Part shown: piece after piece, positions 8,695 through 18,948 of the stretch
Position numbering within the stretch: position 1 is the stretch's first letter
How the letters are laid out: each line of letters opens with the position of its first letter
Assembly: GCA_027001995.1 (NCBI GenBank)
Contig: JALTLO010000202.1
Span: forward strand, 21,102 to 85,101
Direction: 5' to 3'
Source: Planctomycetota bacterium
Lineage (GTDB): Bacteria > Planctomycetota > GCA-002687715 > DRQF01
DNA length: 64,000 bases
The notes under the pieces: model-generated
The model's database searches: none
What the model was told of the DNA's origin: nothing
What the model saw: only the letters and a program-made list of their open reading frames with translations
Made by a program: the position numbers and the translations under genes

Positions 8695-11403
8695 ATGCCT
8701 TCAAGTATCCCTGCCATTTTCCGTGTTGGCCTCGTGCTGTCGTTGATGATACTGGGTTCTTTCTTCCAGAACCGATTCTCCGAAGATATGGACGACCAGA
8801 ACTATGGTGTGGTGAAGGAGATTATCTCTCGGGAGGGATTCGATCGGATGGCTCCTATGCACCAAAAAATGCTGGTGCATATCGTCAAGAGAAATGAGGG
8901 ATCTGAGATGGCGCCCGTCGCCGCTTGTTGGGATACAGCCCCTACAGACCCGGAGACGATTGATGCATTCAATGCAGCGATTTCTCTGGGCCAGTCCAAT
9001 CTTCCCGAATATCAAACGGGCATTCGTTGGTCGAATACGGCCATCTCTGGCGGTGGCCTTGGGCAAGGAGATGTGACGACGTTGACTTATAGTTTTGTTC
9101 CCGACGGGACGTTTGTTCCCAATGGTGTGGGTGAACCCGGCGCCAACAGTAATCTCTTTGCTTGGCTCAATGGCATCTATGGTAGCCCAGCAGTTTGGCA
9201 ACAGATTTTCGCCGAAGAGTTTGCCCGCTGGAGTGATGCCACTGGAATCACCTATGTCTATGAGCCTAATGATGACGGGGTAACCCTGTCCACTGCCAAC
9301 GGCGTTGTGGGGGTTCGCGGTGACATTCGCATCAGCGGCAAGTTTATTGATGGGGCAGGTGGTGGGGGCGGCTCCATCCTTGCCTACAACTCTTTTCCAA
9401 ACGATGGTGACATGGTCCTTGATTCTGCGGACCCAAGTTACTCCTCTGCTGCCAATGATTCTCGGGCCTTACGCAATGTGGTGTCTCATGAGCATGGTCA
9501 TGGTTTGGGTTTTTCTCATGTCTGTCCTCAGGACGGTACCAAGCTTATGGAACCTTCTTTGGTAACCAGTTTTTTGGGCCCCCAGCATGACGAGATTTTG
9601 GGGGCTCAACGACAGTATGGCGATAACTCGGAGCCCAACGACACCGTGGGTAACGCGACGAATCTCGGGGCCTTGGGCGATGGTGTCACCACGGTGGCGA
9701 ACGTCTCTACCGATGATAATAGTGACTTGGATGTCTATCGTTTCACGATCAATTCCCCCAAGACCGTGAATCTCACTTTGCGGCCGATTGGCTTGACCTA
9801 TCTCGAGGGGCCTCAAGGTGGGGGTGGCGCTTGCTCTGCGGGGACGAGTTTTAATTCTCTGACAATCAGTGACCTCACTTTGGAATTTCTTGATTCCGAT
9901 GGTTTCACTATCTTGGGGTTGTCGAACGGGAACCCGGCTGGACAAAACGAATCTTTGAATAGCATCAATTTGCCTTTGGCCGGTACTTACTATGTGCGGG
10001 TTTCGCCAGATGCCACCAATAACGTTCAACTCTATGAACTCGATGTTGACTTGGCTTCTTATGTTCCCCAGCCCATAGCAATCGAGTTTCCCGACGGGAT
10101 TCCTGCGGCTATAGATGCCCAGTATGTCAATCATTTGCGGGTCGACACCAGTAATTCCTCCGTTACCCCGGACCCGGCCAATTCCTATGTTTATGTTCGT
10201 GTTGATGGTGGGCCCTTTATTCAGTTGCCCATGATTGATCAAACGAATGGTATTTTCTGGGCCAACTTGCCTCCGGCCCTCAATTTCTCGAAGGTCGACT
10301 TCTACATTGAGATGAACGCCATCGGTGGTGGGGGTAACAGTCTGAGCCCGGCGAATGCGCCCACATCTTTTCATACGGTTGATGTTCTCCAAAGAAACAC
10401 CGTGGTCGTATTCGAGGATGATTTCGAAACGGACAAAGGCTGGACTGTTGTGAGCGAAGCCTCGGTGACGGGGGGAGCTTGGGAAAGGGCCATGCCAAGT
10501 GGTGATGGAACTCGCGGTGATCCACTCGTCGACTTCGATGGTTCAGGGCGATGCTATGTCACAGAAAACGGGGCAGGCAACACGGACGTGGATGGTGGCA
10601 AGACTCGTTTGATTTCTCCCACCATGGATTTGTCTGGATATGCCACCGCAAGGATCAAGTACGCCTTTTGGTATAGCAATGATCATCCCAACGGATCTCC
10701 AGATGGAGACCCTTTTGATATCCATGTTCGGGAGTCAAATGGTTCGCCATGGGTATTGGTGGAGCGTGTCACGGCCAGCCCCAACTCTTGGTTGGAGAGG
10801 GAAGTGGTTGTCCCGTCCTTCATCAATTTGACTTCTACCTTCCAGATACGCTTCCGTGCCGAAGACAGGAATTCCCCCAGTGTGGTTGAGGCCGCAGTTG
10901 ATGCGGTGGTCGTTCATGGCTGCCCCTTGGACAACCCCATTGGGCCTTGTGCTGATGGCAGTGTTGGCTTGGGGCTTGGTCCTGCGGTACCTACTTTGTT
11001 GGTGCAGAATTCAGATGGTGGGCCAGACAAAGAGATTTTCGTGGCAGTGAACACGCCTTACGTAGTTGCTGTCTCCAATCCTCCTCTTCAGTCCAATGCC
11101 CAGTACGCGATGTTTGCTCGGATTGGCAAGCCATCCCCCGGGGAAGCATTTCCCATCTCTCTTGAGGCTGGGGATATGTGCTTCACACCGGCATTGGCTG
11201 ATCCTCTCAACCCCCTTCTATTCACTGTAGCATGGGCCGCACCGAACCCGCCTGCGGGTGTTCTTGATCCCACGGCCACCCCAGCGCCCTGGTTTTCTGC
11301 GAGTCAGGGGTTCCCATTTCCGATCACAGTCTCAGTGCAGTGTGCGATTTTCGAAGGGGTTGTGTTGAAGGTCTCAAATATGGTCTTCTTGACCATTTTC
11401 TAA
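8695..11403 (+). CDS. Secreted matrixin-like (M10/metzincin) metalloprotease with PPC and beta-rich accessory domains
   Basis: HEHGHGLGFSH zinc motif, Met-turn KLMEP, TLTYSFVPDGT, EPND/GTYYVRV pre-peptidase C-terminal domain; GAGGAG SD before ATG 8695. Confidence 0.88.
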   Translation: MPSSIPAIFRVGLVLSLMILGSFFQNRFSEDMDDQNYGVVKEIISREGFDRMAPMHQKMLVHIVKRNEGSEMAPVAACWDTAPTDPETIDAFNAAISLGQSNLPEYQTGIRWSNTAISGGGLGQGDVTTLTYSFVPDGTFVPNGVGEPGANSNLFAWLNGIYGSPAVWQQIFAEEFARWSDATGITYVYEPNDDGVTLSTANGVVGVRGDIRISGKFIDGAGGGGGSILAYNSFPNDGDMVLDSADPSYSSAANDSRALRNVVSHEHGHGLGFSHVCPQDGTKLMEPSLVTSFLGPQHDEILGAQRQYGDNSEPNDTVGNATNLGALGDGVTTVANVSTDDNSDLDVYRFTINSPKTVNLTLRPIGLTYLEGPQGGGGACSAGTSFNSLTISDLTLEFLDSDGFTILGLSNGNPAGQNESLNSINLPLAGTYYVRVSPDATNNVQLYELDVDLASYVPQPIAIEFPDGIPAAIDAQYVNHLRVDTSNSSVTPDPANSYVYVRVDGGPFIQLPMIDQTNGIFWANLPPALNFSKVDFYIEMNAIGGGGNSLSPANAPTSFHTVDVLQRNTVVVFEDDFETDKGWTVVSEASVTGGAWERAMPSGDGTRGDPLVDFDGSGRCYVTENGAGNTDVDGGKTRLISPTMDLSGYATARIKYAFWYSNDHPNGSPDGDPFDIHVRESNGSPWVLVERVTASPNSWLEREVVVPSFINLTSTFQIRFRAEDRNSPSVVEAAVDAVVVHGCPLDNPIGPCADGSVGLGLGPAVPTLLVQNSDGGPDKEIFVAVNTPYVVAVSNPPLQSNAQYAMFARIGKPSPGEAFPISLEAGDMCFTPALADPLNPLLFTVAWAAPNPPAGVLDPTATPAPWFSASQGFPFPITVSVQCAIFEGVVLKVSNMVFLTIF

Positions 11404-11426
11404 GGTAAATGGCAGAATGAAGAAAT

Positions 11427-11462
11427 GAGGCCCGTGGCCATTGGCTGGGGCCTTCTTTTCTT
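11427..11462 (+). terminator. Probable intrinsic terminator after the metalloprotease
   Basis: AGGCCC...GGGCCT stem with inner GGCC/GGCT pairing followed by TCTTTTCTT. Confidence 0.55.
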
Positions 11463-11479
11463 GGGGGAGAATCTCAGTT

Positions 11480-12031
11480 TTGAACACATCAGTCCAAGAA
11501 TTGAGCCGTTGGGCACCAGCTCGATCGTCGAAAATGGATTTTCCCTTGTATGCCTACATACCAGGGAGATTTCCCCATCCGAGGACAAATGTTGATGGCC
11601 ACAGTCATGGCAAAGCCCATCCCAGTGAAGGGGCCTTTGATCATCAAAACTGGCAAAAGGATGGGCGTTGGCTCTATGCTGTTGATCTCTACAACGCCGG
11701 GTTCTTTTGGGAAAGCCATGAATACTGGGAGGCACTTTGGCATTCCGAAGACCATGTCGGACCTGTAGCACTGTTACTCAAAGCGTTGATCCAAACTGCT
11801 GCGGCCCATATCAAAGCGATTGATGGAAACCTCAAGGGCGTTGAGATTCTGGCGGCACGTTCTGACCAAATGTTTGCTGACCTGAAAAAGGAAGGTCATG
11901 AACTCCTTTTGGGGCTTTCATTGGATGATTTTCGGCTGCGGCGTAACAATTGGTTTGCTCATGTCTTGCAAGAGGATTCTCTCAATGCAGCATTGTTTCC
12001 ATTCGTTCATCTCAATCAGAATGGAGGTTGA
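11480..12031 (+). CDS. DUF309 domain protein
   Basis: DLYNAGFFWESHEYWEALW and LIQTAAA motifs; YIPGRFPHP N-terminal motif; TTG start after GGGGGAG (start uncertain). Confidence 0.82.
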   Translation: MNTSVQELSRWAPARSSKMDFPLYAYIPGRFPHPRTNVDGHSHGKAHPSEGAFDHQNWQKDGRWLYAVDLYNAGFFWESHEYWEALWHSEDHVGPVALLLKALIQTAAAHIKAIDGNLKGVEILAARSDQMFADLKKEGHELLLGLSLDDFRLRRNNWFAHVLQEDSLNAALFPFVHLNQNGG

Positions 12032-12036
12032 CTTGG

Positions 12037-13071
12037 ATGCCCGAAGTACGATCGTTTGAGCAAGATTTGGATGGGCTCAATGTGCAGTGTTGGGAGATCA
12101 AAGATGAGTCATCTGGTCTTTTGGCCTTCCTTTCATTGGTGGAAAGATCGGAGCGTCCTGCCTTTGGCGGCATTCGGAGGCAGCGCTACCCAAATGCAGC
12201 TTCCGCATTCGTTGAATCTCAGATTCTAGCCATCCAAATGGCACAGAAGCTTGCCTTCGCAGATCTTGATCACGGTGGAGCAAAAATGGTCATCGTTGAT
12301 TCTGACGACTTTCGCCACAGGCAGGCCTATCCCATAGTCGGGGAGTTCATTCAGTCCTTGAATGGACGCTATTTTTGCGGCCCAGATGTGGGTACAGGTG
12401 AGGAAGAGTTGGCCTTACTGCGAACCGAGACGGTATTCGTCAATCATGTGAGTAACAATGCCGGAAGGGCAACGGCTGCCGGTGTGCTCGCTGGTATGAA
12501 AGCGGCGGTGAGGCATCTGGGTTGGGTCGAGGGACTGACGAATCGCCAGGTGTTGATTCAAGGACTGGGCTCCGTAGGAGGAGCTATAGCTCAAGAGCTT
12601 GCTGCTCTGGGGGCGCACATTCTACTCTTGGATTTAGATGAGAGGCGGGCTGAATCCTTGCTGCAAGAACTTTCTCAGCGTGGGAATAGGGGAGAGGTCA
12701 TCGCTCCTGACAAATTGCAGGATGTCGCCGCTGACGTTTTTTGTCCTTGTGCAGTGGGGGATGCTGTAGACGAAACTTGTGATCGCTTTGCTCTTGTTTG
12801 CGGCAGCGCCAACCTACAAATCATGTCGCCTGAAGTTGGGGCTCACCTATTTCGCCAGGGTTGTCTTTATGTCCCAGAGATTGCTGTGAATGCCGGGGCT
12901 GTGATTGAGGGGGTTATCCAGGTGAGGGCAAAGCGTGAGCCGCAGAATTCCAGCCAAAAACATATCACTGCCACTGAACAAAGAGTTCAAAACCTTCTAC
13001 GTCTTGCTCAGGAAAAAGGGCAATCACCTCACGCTTGGATCCAACAGTGGTGGCAGGATGTTCGCCCTTGA
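12037..13071 (+). CDS. Glu/Leu/Phe/Val dehydrogenase family protein (leucine dehydrogenase-like)
   Basis: AFGGIR, MAQK, GGAK, GPDVGT, TAAGV, QGLGSVG Rossmann motif, PCAVG, GSAN, NAGAVI; GGAGG SD. Confidence 0.85.
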   Translation: MPEVRSFEQDLDGLNVQCWEIKDESSGLLAFLSLVERSERPAFGGIRRQRYPNAASAFVESQILAIQMAQKLAFADLDHGGAKMVIVDSDDFRHRQAYPIVGEFIQSLNGRYFCGPDVGTGEEELALLRTETVFVNHVSNNAGRATAAGVLAGMKAAVRHLGWVEGLTNRQVLIQGLGSVGGAIAQELAALGAHILLLDLDERRAESLLQELSQRGNRGEVIAPDKLQDVAADVFCPCAVGDAVDETCDRFALVCGSANLQIMSPEVGAHLFRQGCLYVPEIAVNAGAVIEGVIQVRAKREPQNSSQKHITATEQRVQNLLRLAQEKGQSPHAWIQQWWQDVRP

Positions 13072-13124
13072 GAAAACGGCAGTGGGCGACTTCAGTCTGG
13101 CGCCGAGGTCAAAGAAGCGAGGGG

Positions 13125-13613
13125 CTAACCGACCTTGACTGTGACCCCAATGACCTGCCCCTCACACACCAAGCGGTCGTCCACCCAGCATTGCATGTCG
13201 AAGACGGCTCGCCTACTTCTTGCAGCAACAGCTTTGACAACGACGATGATGCGGTCCCCGGGTTTGACCGAGCCGCGGAATTTGATTTTCTCCAAGCCAC
13301 CAAAGGCGAAGATCTTGTCATCAAACTTGCCAAGCTTCTGTTGGAAACAAAACGATGACGCTTGAGCAGCAGCCTCGACCATGAGCACACCGGGAAACAT
13401 GGGGTTTCCCGGGAAATGAGCGCGCACCCAGAACTCGTCGTCGGTGACATCCCGGACAGCGACGGCCCCCAAAGGTTCTTCGTCGTAGTGAGCAATGTAA
13501 CTCAATTGCTCGAAATCGAATCGATGAGGATTGATGGCTCGCAAGTCTTCGCGGCTACAGTGGACGTGTTCTAGGTCAATTGACGAAAAATCGATGAGTG
13601 GTGCTGCAGGCAT
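13125..13613 (-). CDS. fabZ: 3-hydroxyacyl-ACP dehydratase (FabA/FabZ family)
   Basis: NPHRF, HFPGNPMFPGVLMVEAAAQ, KFRGSVKPGD; start moved to MPAAPLID after GGGAGA. Confidence 0.88.
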   Translation of the reverse strand: MPAAPLIDFSSIDLEHVHCSREDLRAINPHRFDFEQLSYIAHYDEEPLGAVAVRDVTDDEFWVRAHFPGNPMFPGVLMVEAAAQASSFCFQQKLGKFDDKIFAFGGLEKIKFRGSVKPGDRIIVVVKAVAARSRRAVFDMQCWVDDRLVCEGQVIGVTVKVG

Positions 13614-13755
13614 GACTCTTTCTCCCAGTTTGAAGGGCAGAGGATAAGAAGGAGAGCGCCTTTTGGCAAATTGGATTTCTACGGCAGGCTTGAGACGGCA
13701 AGTTGAGCCATCTGAGGCGCATTCACTGCTGCGACTCTCTATTATAGGTGCGTTT

Positions 13756-15618
13756 TCAATGTTGGAGGGGGGTTGCTTTCCCTTCTGCTTCCTGAATCCG
13801 ATACCAAGCATTGGGAAGAGGAACAGTTATGGTCTCAAGAAGACCGCTGGGCCAGAGGCATTGGATGTCCTTGAGGGATTCGTTCTTGGCCAAGGTCAAA
13901 TGGGCAAAGAGGTCGCTTTGGCATTGGTAGCTGCCACCGCCGTTGATCTCGCGAAGGATCTTGCGTCCGGTGGAAGTGGTGAATGTTAATCTCGCACCAA
14001 TGCCCTGGCGATTTTTCTTGTTTTTGGCTCCTAGTTTGAAACCCCACCATTTTCCCTTGATCTCACAGTCATTGCGAAGGAGTTGGGGGTAATCATCATT
14101 GTTCGTGATGATGACATCGATACGCCCGTCAAGATTGAAGTCGGCGCAAGCCAGGCTGCGGGACACCAACATACGCCCCAAGGCATGTCCAGCTTCGTCG
14201 GATCTTTCAACGAATCGCAGTGGACTTTTGGCTATGTAGAGTTGATTGGTTTGGGGATAGGAGGTGCCCACGTTGGATTTGATATTGGCTTGAGGATAGA
14301 CATGGCCCGAGGCTACGAAAATGTCAAGGAGACCATCGCAATTGAAATCGTGGATACCAATGCCCCAAGATAGATAAGGGAAGCTGGCAGTCCCCCCCAA
14401 GCCAACCTGGGAAGAACGATCATCAAAGTACATGTTGTCTTTTTGTCCGGCGTTGAGATAGAGGGTGTTGGTGTCGTGTGAAAAGTTTGTGACGAACAAA
14501 TCAGGCATCAAGTCGTCATTGAGGTCCGCTGCTGCCACACCCATGCCCGCCTGATCTTCCCCATCGACATTGCGAGCGGTTTGCCACTCTTGGCTCACCT
14601 CTTGGAACTGGCCATGGCCGTCGTTTTGAAACAACAGATTAGGCCTGGAATCGACAGCCACATAGACGTCCATGTCGCCATCATGATCTAAGTCTGAGGT
14701 GACCACGCCTAAGGAGTAAGCCCCATGTTTTACACCGCGGGAGTTCTTGGGGATGAAACCAAATTTTTCGGTGGCGTCCACATACTTGCCATCTTTCATT
14801 TCGTAGAAAACGTCATAGGCTTCCGGGAGGCCTCGAGGCCCACAGCAGACTGTCAGTTTGCGCCATTCACAAGGGGCCCCGTTGTGAGGTGGATTTTTGA
14901 CATCGAAATTGACGTAGTTACAGACGTAGAGATCTAAGTCGCCGTCTTGGTCGGCATCAAAAAAGGCTGCACTTGTACTCCAACCGGCGAAGCCACCGCC
15001 AACCTCATCGGTGACATCGCGAAACTTCCCGCTCCCCTTTATATTCCTAAAGAGACGGTTCTTGCCAAATTGAGTGAGATAGATGTCAACATAACCATCT
15101 CCATCGTAGTCGGCAGCGTAGGTGCCGCAGGTCCATTCTGGGCAAGCTAACCCGCTATCCTTGGTGATGTCGGTGAAATGCCAATTGCCGTCATTGCGCC
15201 AAAGGGAATTCTCATAGACGTGGGTGTCCTTTGGGTTTCTCAGTTGTCCACCATTGGCGAAATAGAGATCCAAATCACCGTCATTGTCGAAATCGAAGAT
15301 GGCCACCCCTTGGCCCATGGTTTCCGGAATCCACATCTTGTCTTGGGTGCCTGCTTTGACACGAAATGTGATACCGCCATGATGGGCCATGTCGGAGAAG
15401 TGGATCGGGCCGATGGGATCGTCTTTCGGAGGTTCTGGGGCCATGGTTGTCACCACGGCCTCTTCGGTTGCGGGCTTTCCTGAGGGAGAAACAGTGTCAC
15501 TGCCACCACAGCCAAGGAGCAGCAACGTCAAGAGAGTCAGTGCCGAAAGATCAAGAGATGGTCGCAATGAGTGCACGGTTTTATTTATCCTGTTCGAGCT
15601 CACGTGGGATCTCGCCAT
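13756..15618 (-). CDS. CRTAC1/ASPIC-UnbV family lipoprotein with FG-GAP repeats
   Basis: Repeated DFDNDGDLDLY-type motifs, lipobox LLLGC, C-terminal GIGAR...GGGSYQCQS...WPSG; true start may be slightly downstream. Confidence 0.88.
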   Translation of the reverse strand: MARSHVSSNRINKTVHSLRPSLDLSALTLLTLLLLGCGGSDTVSPSGKPATEEAVVTTMAPEPPKDDPIGPIHFSDMAHHGGITFRVKAGTQDKMWIPETMGQGVAIFDFDNDGDLDLYFANGGQLRNPKDTHVYENSLWRNDGNWHFTDITKDSGLACPEWTCGTYAADYDGDGYVDIYLTQFGKNRLFRNIKGSGKFRDVTDEVGGGFAGWSTSAAFFDADQDGDLDLYVCNYVNFDVKNPPHNGAPCEWRKLTVCCGPRGLPEAYDVFYEMKDGKYVDATEKFGFIPKNSRGVKHGAYSLGVVTSDLDHDGDMDVYVAVDSRPNLLFQNDGHGQFQEVSQEWQTARNVDGEDQAGMGVAAADLNDDLMPDLFVTNFSHDTNTLYLNAGQKDNMYFDDRSSQVGLGGTASFPYLSWGIGIHDFNCDGLLDIFVASGHVYPQANIKSNVGTSYPQTNQLYIAKSPLRFVERSDEAGHALGRMLVSRSLACADFNLDGRIDVIITNNDDYPQLLRNDCEIKGKWWGFKLGAKNKKNRQGIGARLTFTTSTGRKILREINGGGSYQCQSDLFAHLTLAKNESLKDIQCLWPSGLLETITVPLPNAWYRIQEAEGKATPLQH

Positions 15619-15647
15619 TATGGGGCTGAAGCGGTACAATCACCACC

Positions 15648-17174
15648 ATGAAACCAAGTATGACCTCTGTCTTTATAACATATGAAGCGGTTCCATTCGC
15701 CAAAGTTGGTGGTCTCGCTGATGTCGCAGGTGCGCTGCCCGATGCCTTGGGCAGGGTCGGATGCGAAACCACCGTGATTATGCCTCGCTTTGGTGACATC
15801 GGAATCGAAGAGTTTGGCCTGAAGGAAGTGGAGATTCCCGGGGATTGGTATGTGGGAATCGACTATGAGCATCATCCCTTTCGAGTCTGGGAGTCCCGTC
15901 TGCCCGGGGATACAAGGGTTCTCTTGCTCGGCGATGATCATTTCTACAAGCGCCAGGGAATCTATAGTGACCAGAATGGAAAACCCTTTGCAGACGAGTT
16001 GGAACGCTGTGTTTTCTTCGCCAAAGGTGCAGTTGAATTGATCAAGTGCCTTGGGTTGGATCCAGATGTGATCCACATCAATGACTACCAAACGGCTCTC
16101 GTGGCTGCCTATGTGCGGGAGACCTATGCAGATGAAGAACGTTTGAAGTCTGCGGCTCTCGTTTATTCCATTCATAACTTGGCTTACCAAGGGGTTTACG
16201 GGGCAGAGGCCCTTGGGACCATGGGTTTTGATCCGGAACGCTGCAAACCTTTTGATCCCTTTGAATGCCACTCCCATGTCAACCTCATGAAGCTGGGCAT
16301 TCATTTTTCTGATCAAGTCAACACCGTGAGTCCTACTTACGCTGAAGAGATTCTTACCCCCGCATGTGGGGCTGGTTTAGAAGGTGTTTTAGGTTTTGCT
16401 CAAGAGAAACTGCGGGGAATCTTGAATGGGATTGACGATCAAATCTGGAACCCGGCGACGGATCGTTTGATCCCTTACAATTACACCGCCAAGAAACTTT
16501 CCGGCAAGAGAGGTTGCAAAGGGGCATTGCTCAAGAAATTGGAGATCTCTCTCGATCGCTTAGACTCTCCTTTGATTGGCATGGTTGGCAGGCTGGTGGC
16601 GCAGAAAGGACTGGACATCATGGCCCCAGTTTTTGACGACATCGTCTCCATGGGAGCCACCATGGTCATTCTGGGTTCAGGGGCAGAAGAGTTTGAAGAA
16701 TTTCTGGCCAGAAAAGCCGCCGAAAACCCTGGCTGCGTTTCAGCTACCATCGGATTTGACAATGAACTTGCTCATCAGATTACCGCCGCCAGTGACTTTT
16801 TCTTGATGCCTTCTCGCTATGAGCCCTGTGGACTCAATCAACTTTATTCTCTGCGTTACGGGACCATCCCCTTGGTTCGAAAAACAGGAGGCTTAGCGGA
16901 CACGGTGGAAGAGTGGCGAGCCCAAGACGGAAAGGGGGTTGGCTTCTCCTTCTCCGGTTTTGAACCGTCAGACTTGGCCAGCACTGTTTTTCGTGGCATT
17001 CAAGCTTGGAAAGACAAAAGGCAACGAAGTCTGCTGATTCAGAACGGCATGGCCTGTGATTTTTCATGGAAAAAGAGCGCATTGGGCTACAAGTCCATGT
17101 ACGAAGATGCCATAGCCGCGCGACATAAATGGCTCGCGGGAGAAGCGGATGAGAGAGCGAAGTCGGAAACGTAG
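15648..17174 (+). CDS. glgA: Glycogen synthase
   Basis: EAVPFAKVGGLADV, HINDYQTAL, IHNLAYQG, GILNGID, MPSRYEPCGLNQ, TGGLADTV. Confidence 0.95.
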   Translation: MKPSMTSVFITYEAVPFAKVGGLADVAGALPDALGRVGCETTVIMPRFGDIGIEEFGLKEVEIPGDWYVGIDYEHHPFRVWESRLPGDTRVLLLGDDHFYKRQGIYSDQNGKPFADELERCVFFAKGAVELIKCLGLDPDVIHINDYQTALVAAYVRETYADEERLKSAALVYSIHNLAYQGVYGAEALGTMGFDPERCKPFDPFECHSHVNLMKLGIHFSDQVNTVSPTYAEEILTPACGAGLEGVLGFAQEKLRGILNGIDDQIWNPATDRLIPYNYTAKKLSGKRGCKGALLKKLEISLDRLDSPLIGMVGRLVAQKGLDIMAPVFDDIVSMGATMVILGSGAEEFEEFLARKAAENPGCVSATIGFDNELAHQITAASDFFLMPSRYEPCGLNQLYSLRYGTIPLVRKTGGLADTVEEWRAQDGKGVGFSFSGFEPSDLASTVFRGIQAWKDKRQRSLLIQNGMACDFSWKKSALGYKSMYEDAIAARHKWLAGEADERAKSET

Positions 17175-17260
17175 AAAGAGTCAATGGGCCATGGCTGAGG
17201 TCTCTGGTGGTGGAGAGAAAGCAAGGGTGTTTGCCGGGTTGTTTTGTGTCATTCCGTTGG

Positions 17261-18265
17261 CTAGTCCAAAGTCTTCCAATTGACCATGGCCCGAACGGGA
17301 AGATCGAGACCTGAGAATTCTTGGCGCTTGAAGTCTTCGTGGGCGATGCCCGCAACCATGGCGGCGTTGTCGGTGCAGAGGGGGATGGAAGGGTAGTAGA
17401 TCTCGATTCCCATTTTCTCTCCTTCTTCCTCGAAGGCCTGTCTGATCTGCTTGTTGGCGGCGGCTCCCCCGCAGAGAAGGACCTTCTTGTGGCCCAGTTT
17501 CGCTGCGGCAGGCATGGTTTTTTTGACCAAGACCTCAGAGATAGCCAACAATAAAGAGGCGGCGACGTCGGCTTTCTTGAGTTCGGGGTTGTCGCGTAGG
17601 GCATAGAGCACAGCGGTCTTAAGCCCTGAGAAGGAGAAGCGCAACTCGGGCTTTCTGAGCATGGGGCGGGGCAATTTGAGGCCCTTGGGGTCGCCCGTGA
17701 GTGCTAGCTCCTGCAATGCTGGGCCCGCTGGCATGGGAAGCCCCAGAAATCGACCGCACTTGTCAATACACTCGCCCACAGCATCGTCCAAAGTTCCACC
17801 CAGAACCACATACTCTCGATGTGCCTGGCAATCCATGACCATGGTGTTGGCCCCAGAAATGAGGAGGCTGGTAAAAGGATAGTGCAATGCCTTATGTTCC
17901 ATAAGACCGGCATGAATGTGGGCCTCAAGGTGATTGACACCAATCAGTGGTTTCCCGAGTGCTTGAGATAGGGCCTTGGCGACGGTGACCCCTATGAGCA
18001 AGGATCCAACGAGCCCCGGTTTGTGAGAAACCGCCACATAGTCGATGTCTTCGAATCGCTTTCCCATGCTTCCCAGAGCTTCTCGGACCAAGGGAAAAAT
18101 CATTTCAACGTGGAGACGAGAAGCACGCTCCGGAATTACACCACCAAACTCGGCGTGTTCGGCAAACTGGCTGACCGTCAAGTTGGCATCGATCTGAACA
18201 CCATCGGTCACTAAAGCCACGGCGGTGTCGTCGAAGGACGTGTCAATTCCTAACCCCAGGGTCAT
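17261..18265 (-). CDS. tsaD: tRNA N6-threonylcarbamoyltransferase
   Basis: GIDTSFDDT, GGVIPERASRLH, HLEAH, TLDDAVGE, FSFSGLKTA, CTDNAAM. Confidence 0.95.
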   Translation of the reverse strand: MTLGLGIDTSFDDTAVALVTDGVQIDANLTVSQFAEHAEFGGVIPERASRLHVEMIFPLVREALGSMGKRFEDIDYVAVSHKPGLVGSLLIGVTVAKALSQALGKPLIGVNHLEAHIHAGLMEHKALHYPFTSLLISGANTMVMDCQAHREYVVLGGTLDDAVGECIDKCGRFLGLPMPAGPALQELALTGDPKGLKLPRPMLRKPELRFSFSGLKTAVLYALRDNPELKKADVAASLLLAISEVLVKKTMPAAAKLGHKKVLLCGGAAANKQIRQAFEEEGEKMGIEIYYPSIPLCTDNAAMVAGIAHEDFKRQEFSGLDLPVRAMVNWKTLD

Positions 18266-18948
18266 CGAAGATCCTCCGGTTTTTTGGCTTTCCGCCCCAC
18301 GTTAAAAGCACGCAAGTAGAGGGGCTGCACTTCATTGAATTGAGGGATCTCATCAATTTCTGCCAGTCGGTATGCGTGTCGAGCCAGGCAAATAGCGGCT
18401 GAGTCGTGGTTCGTGATCATCGACGCGCCGGCAACAGGCGTCTTGAGGTTGGGGTCGACGAATATTCGTGGTGTGTCGGCGCACCATGTCGCCAGTTCAT
18501 CAGCGCCCTCAGCCACTTCTAATGAACCCTGAAGAACCGGCCTGCCACTCACATTCTGAAACCGACCCAAGAATGTACTTTCCTTAAAGCCCTGCACCAC
18601 CACTGAGAACGCGCCGGAGAGATCTGGTTTTGTCGCCAATGCTCGAACGGCCATAATGGTGACGGCATCAATGCCGATAACGGGTTGGTTGAGGGCCATG
18701 GCAAATGTCTTCATCATGCTCAGGCCAATGCGAAGACCAGTGAACGACCCAGGCCCCGCGCAAGTAGCAAAAAGGTCGATATCCGCCAGGGCGAAGCCAT
18801 GGCTTGATAGAAGCTCTTCCAGAAGGCCAAATACGGCGTCGCTGGGTGGATGCTCGTGGGCTTCGTGATAGGTCGCCAAGACTTCTTGGTTGCAGAGAAC
18901 GGCCAAGCTTGTGGCGGGGGACGATGTGTCGACGCCTAAGATGAGCAT
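18262..18948 (-). CDS. tsaB: t6A37 biosynthesis protein TsaB
   Basis: ILGVDTS, GPGSFTGLRIG, PLYLR; overlaps the tsaD start. Confidence 0.93.
   Translation of the reverse strand: MLILGVDTSSPATSLAVLCNQEVLATYHEAHEHPPSDAVFGLLEELLSSHGFALADIDLFATCAGPGSFTGLRIGLSMMKTFAMALNQPVIGIDAVTIMAVRALATKPDLSGAFSVVVQGFKESTFLGRFQNVSGRPVLQGSLEVAEGADELATWCADTPRIFVDPNLKTPVAGASMITNHDSAAICLARHAYRLAEIDEIPQFNEVQPLYLRAFNVGRKAKKPEDLR

Noticed and set aside
9469..10392. 307-aa minus-strand ORF inside the metalloprotease (likewise 15618-16316, 16834-17604, 60334-61005)
   Set aside because: Overlap well-supported genes and have no family motifs
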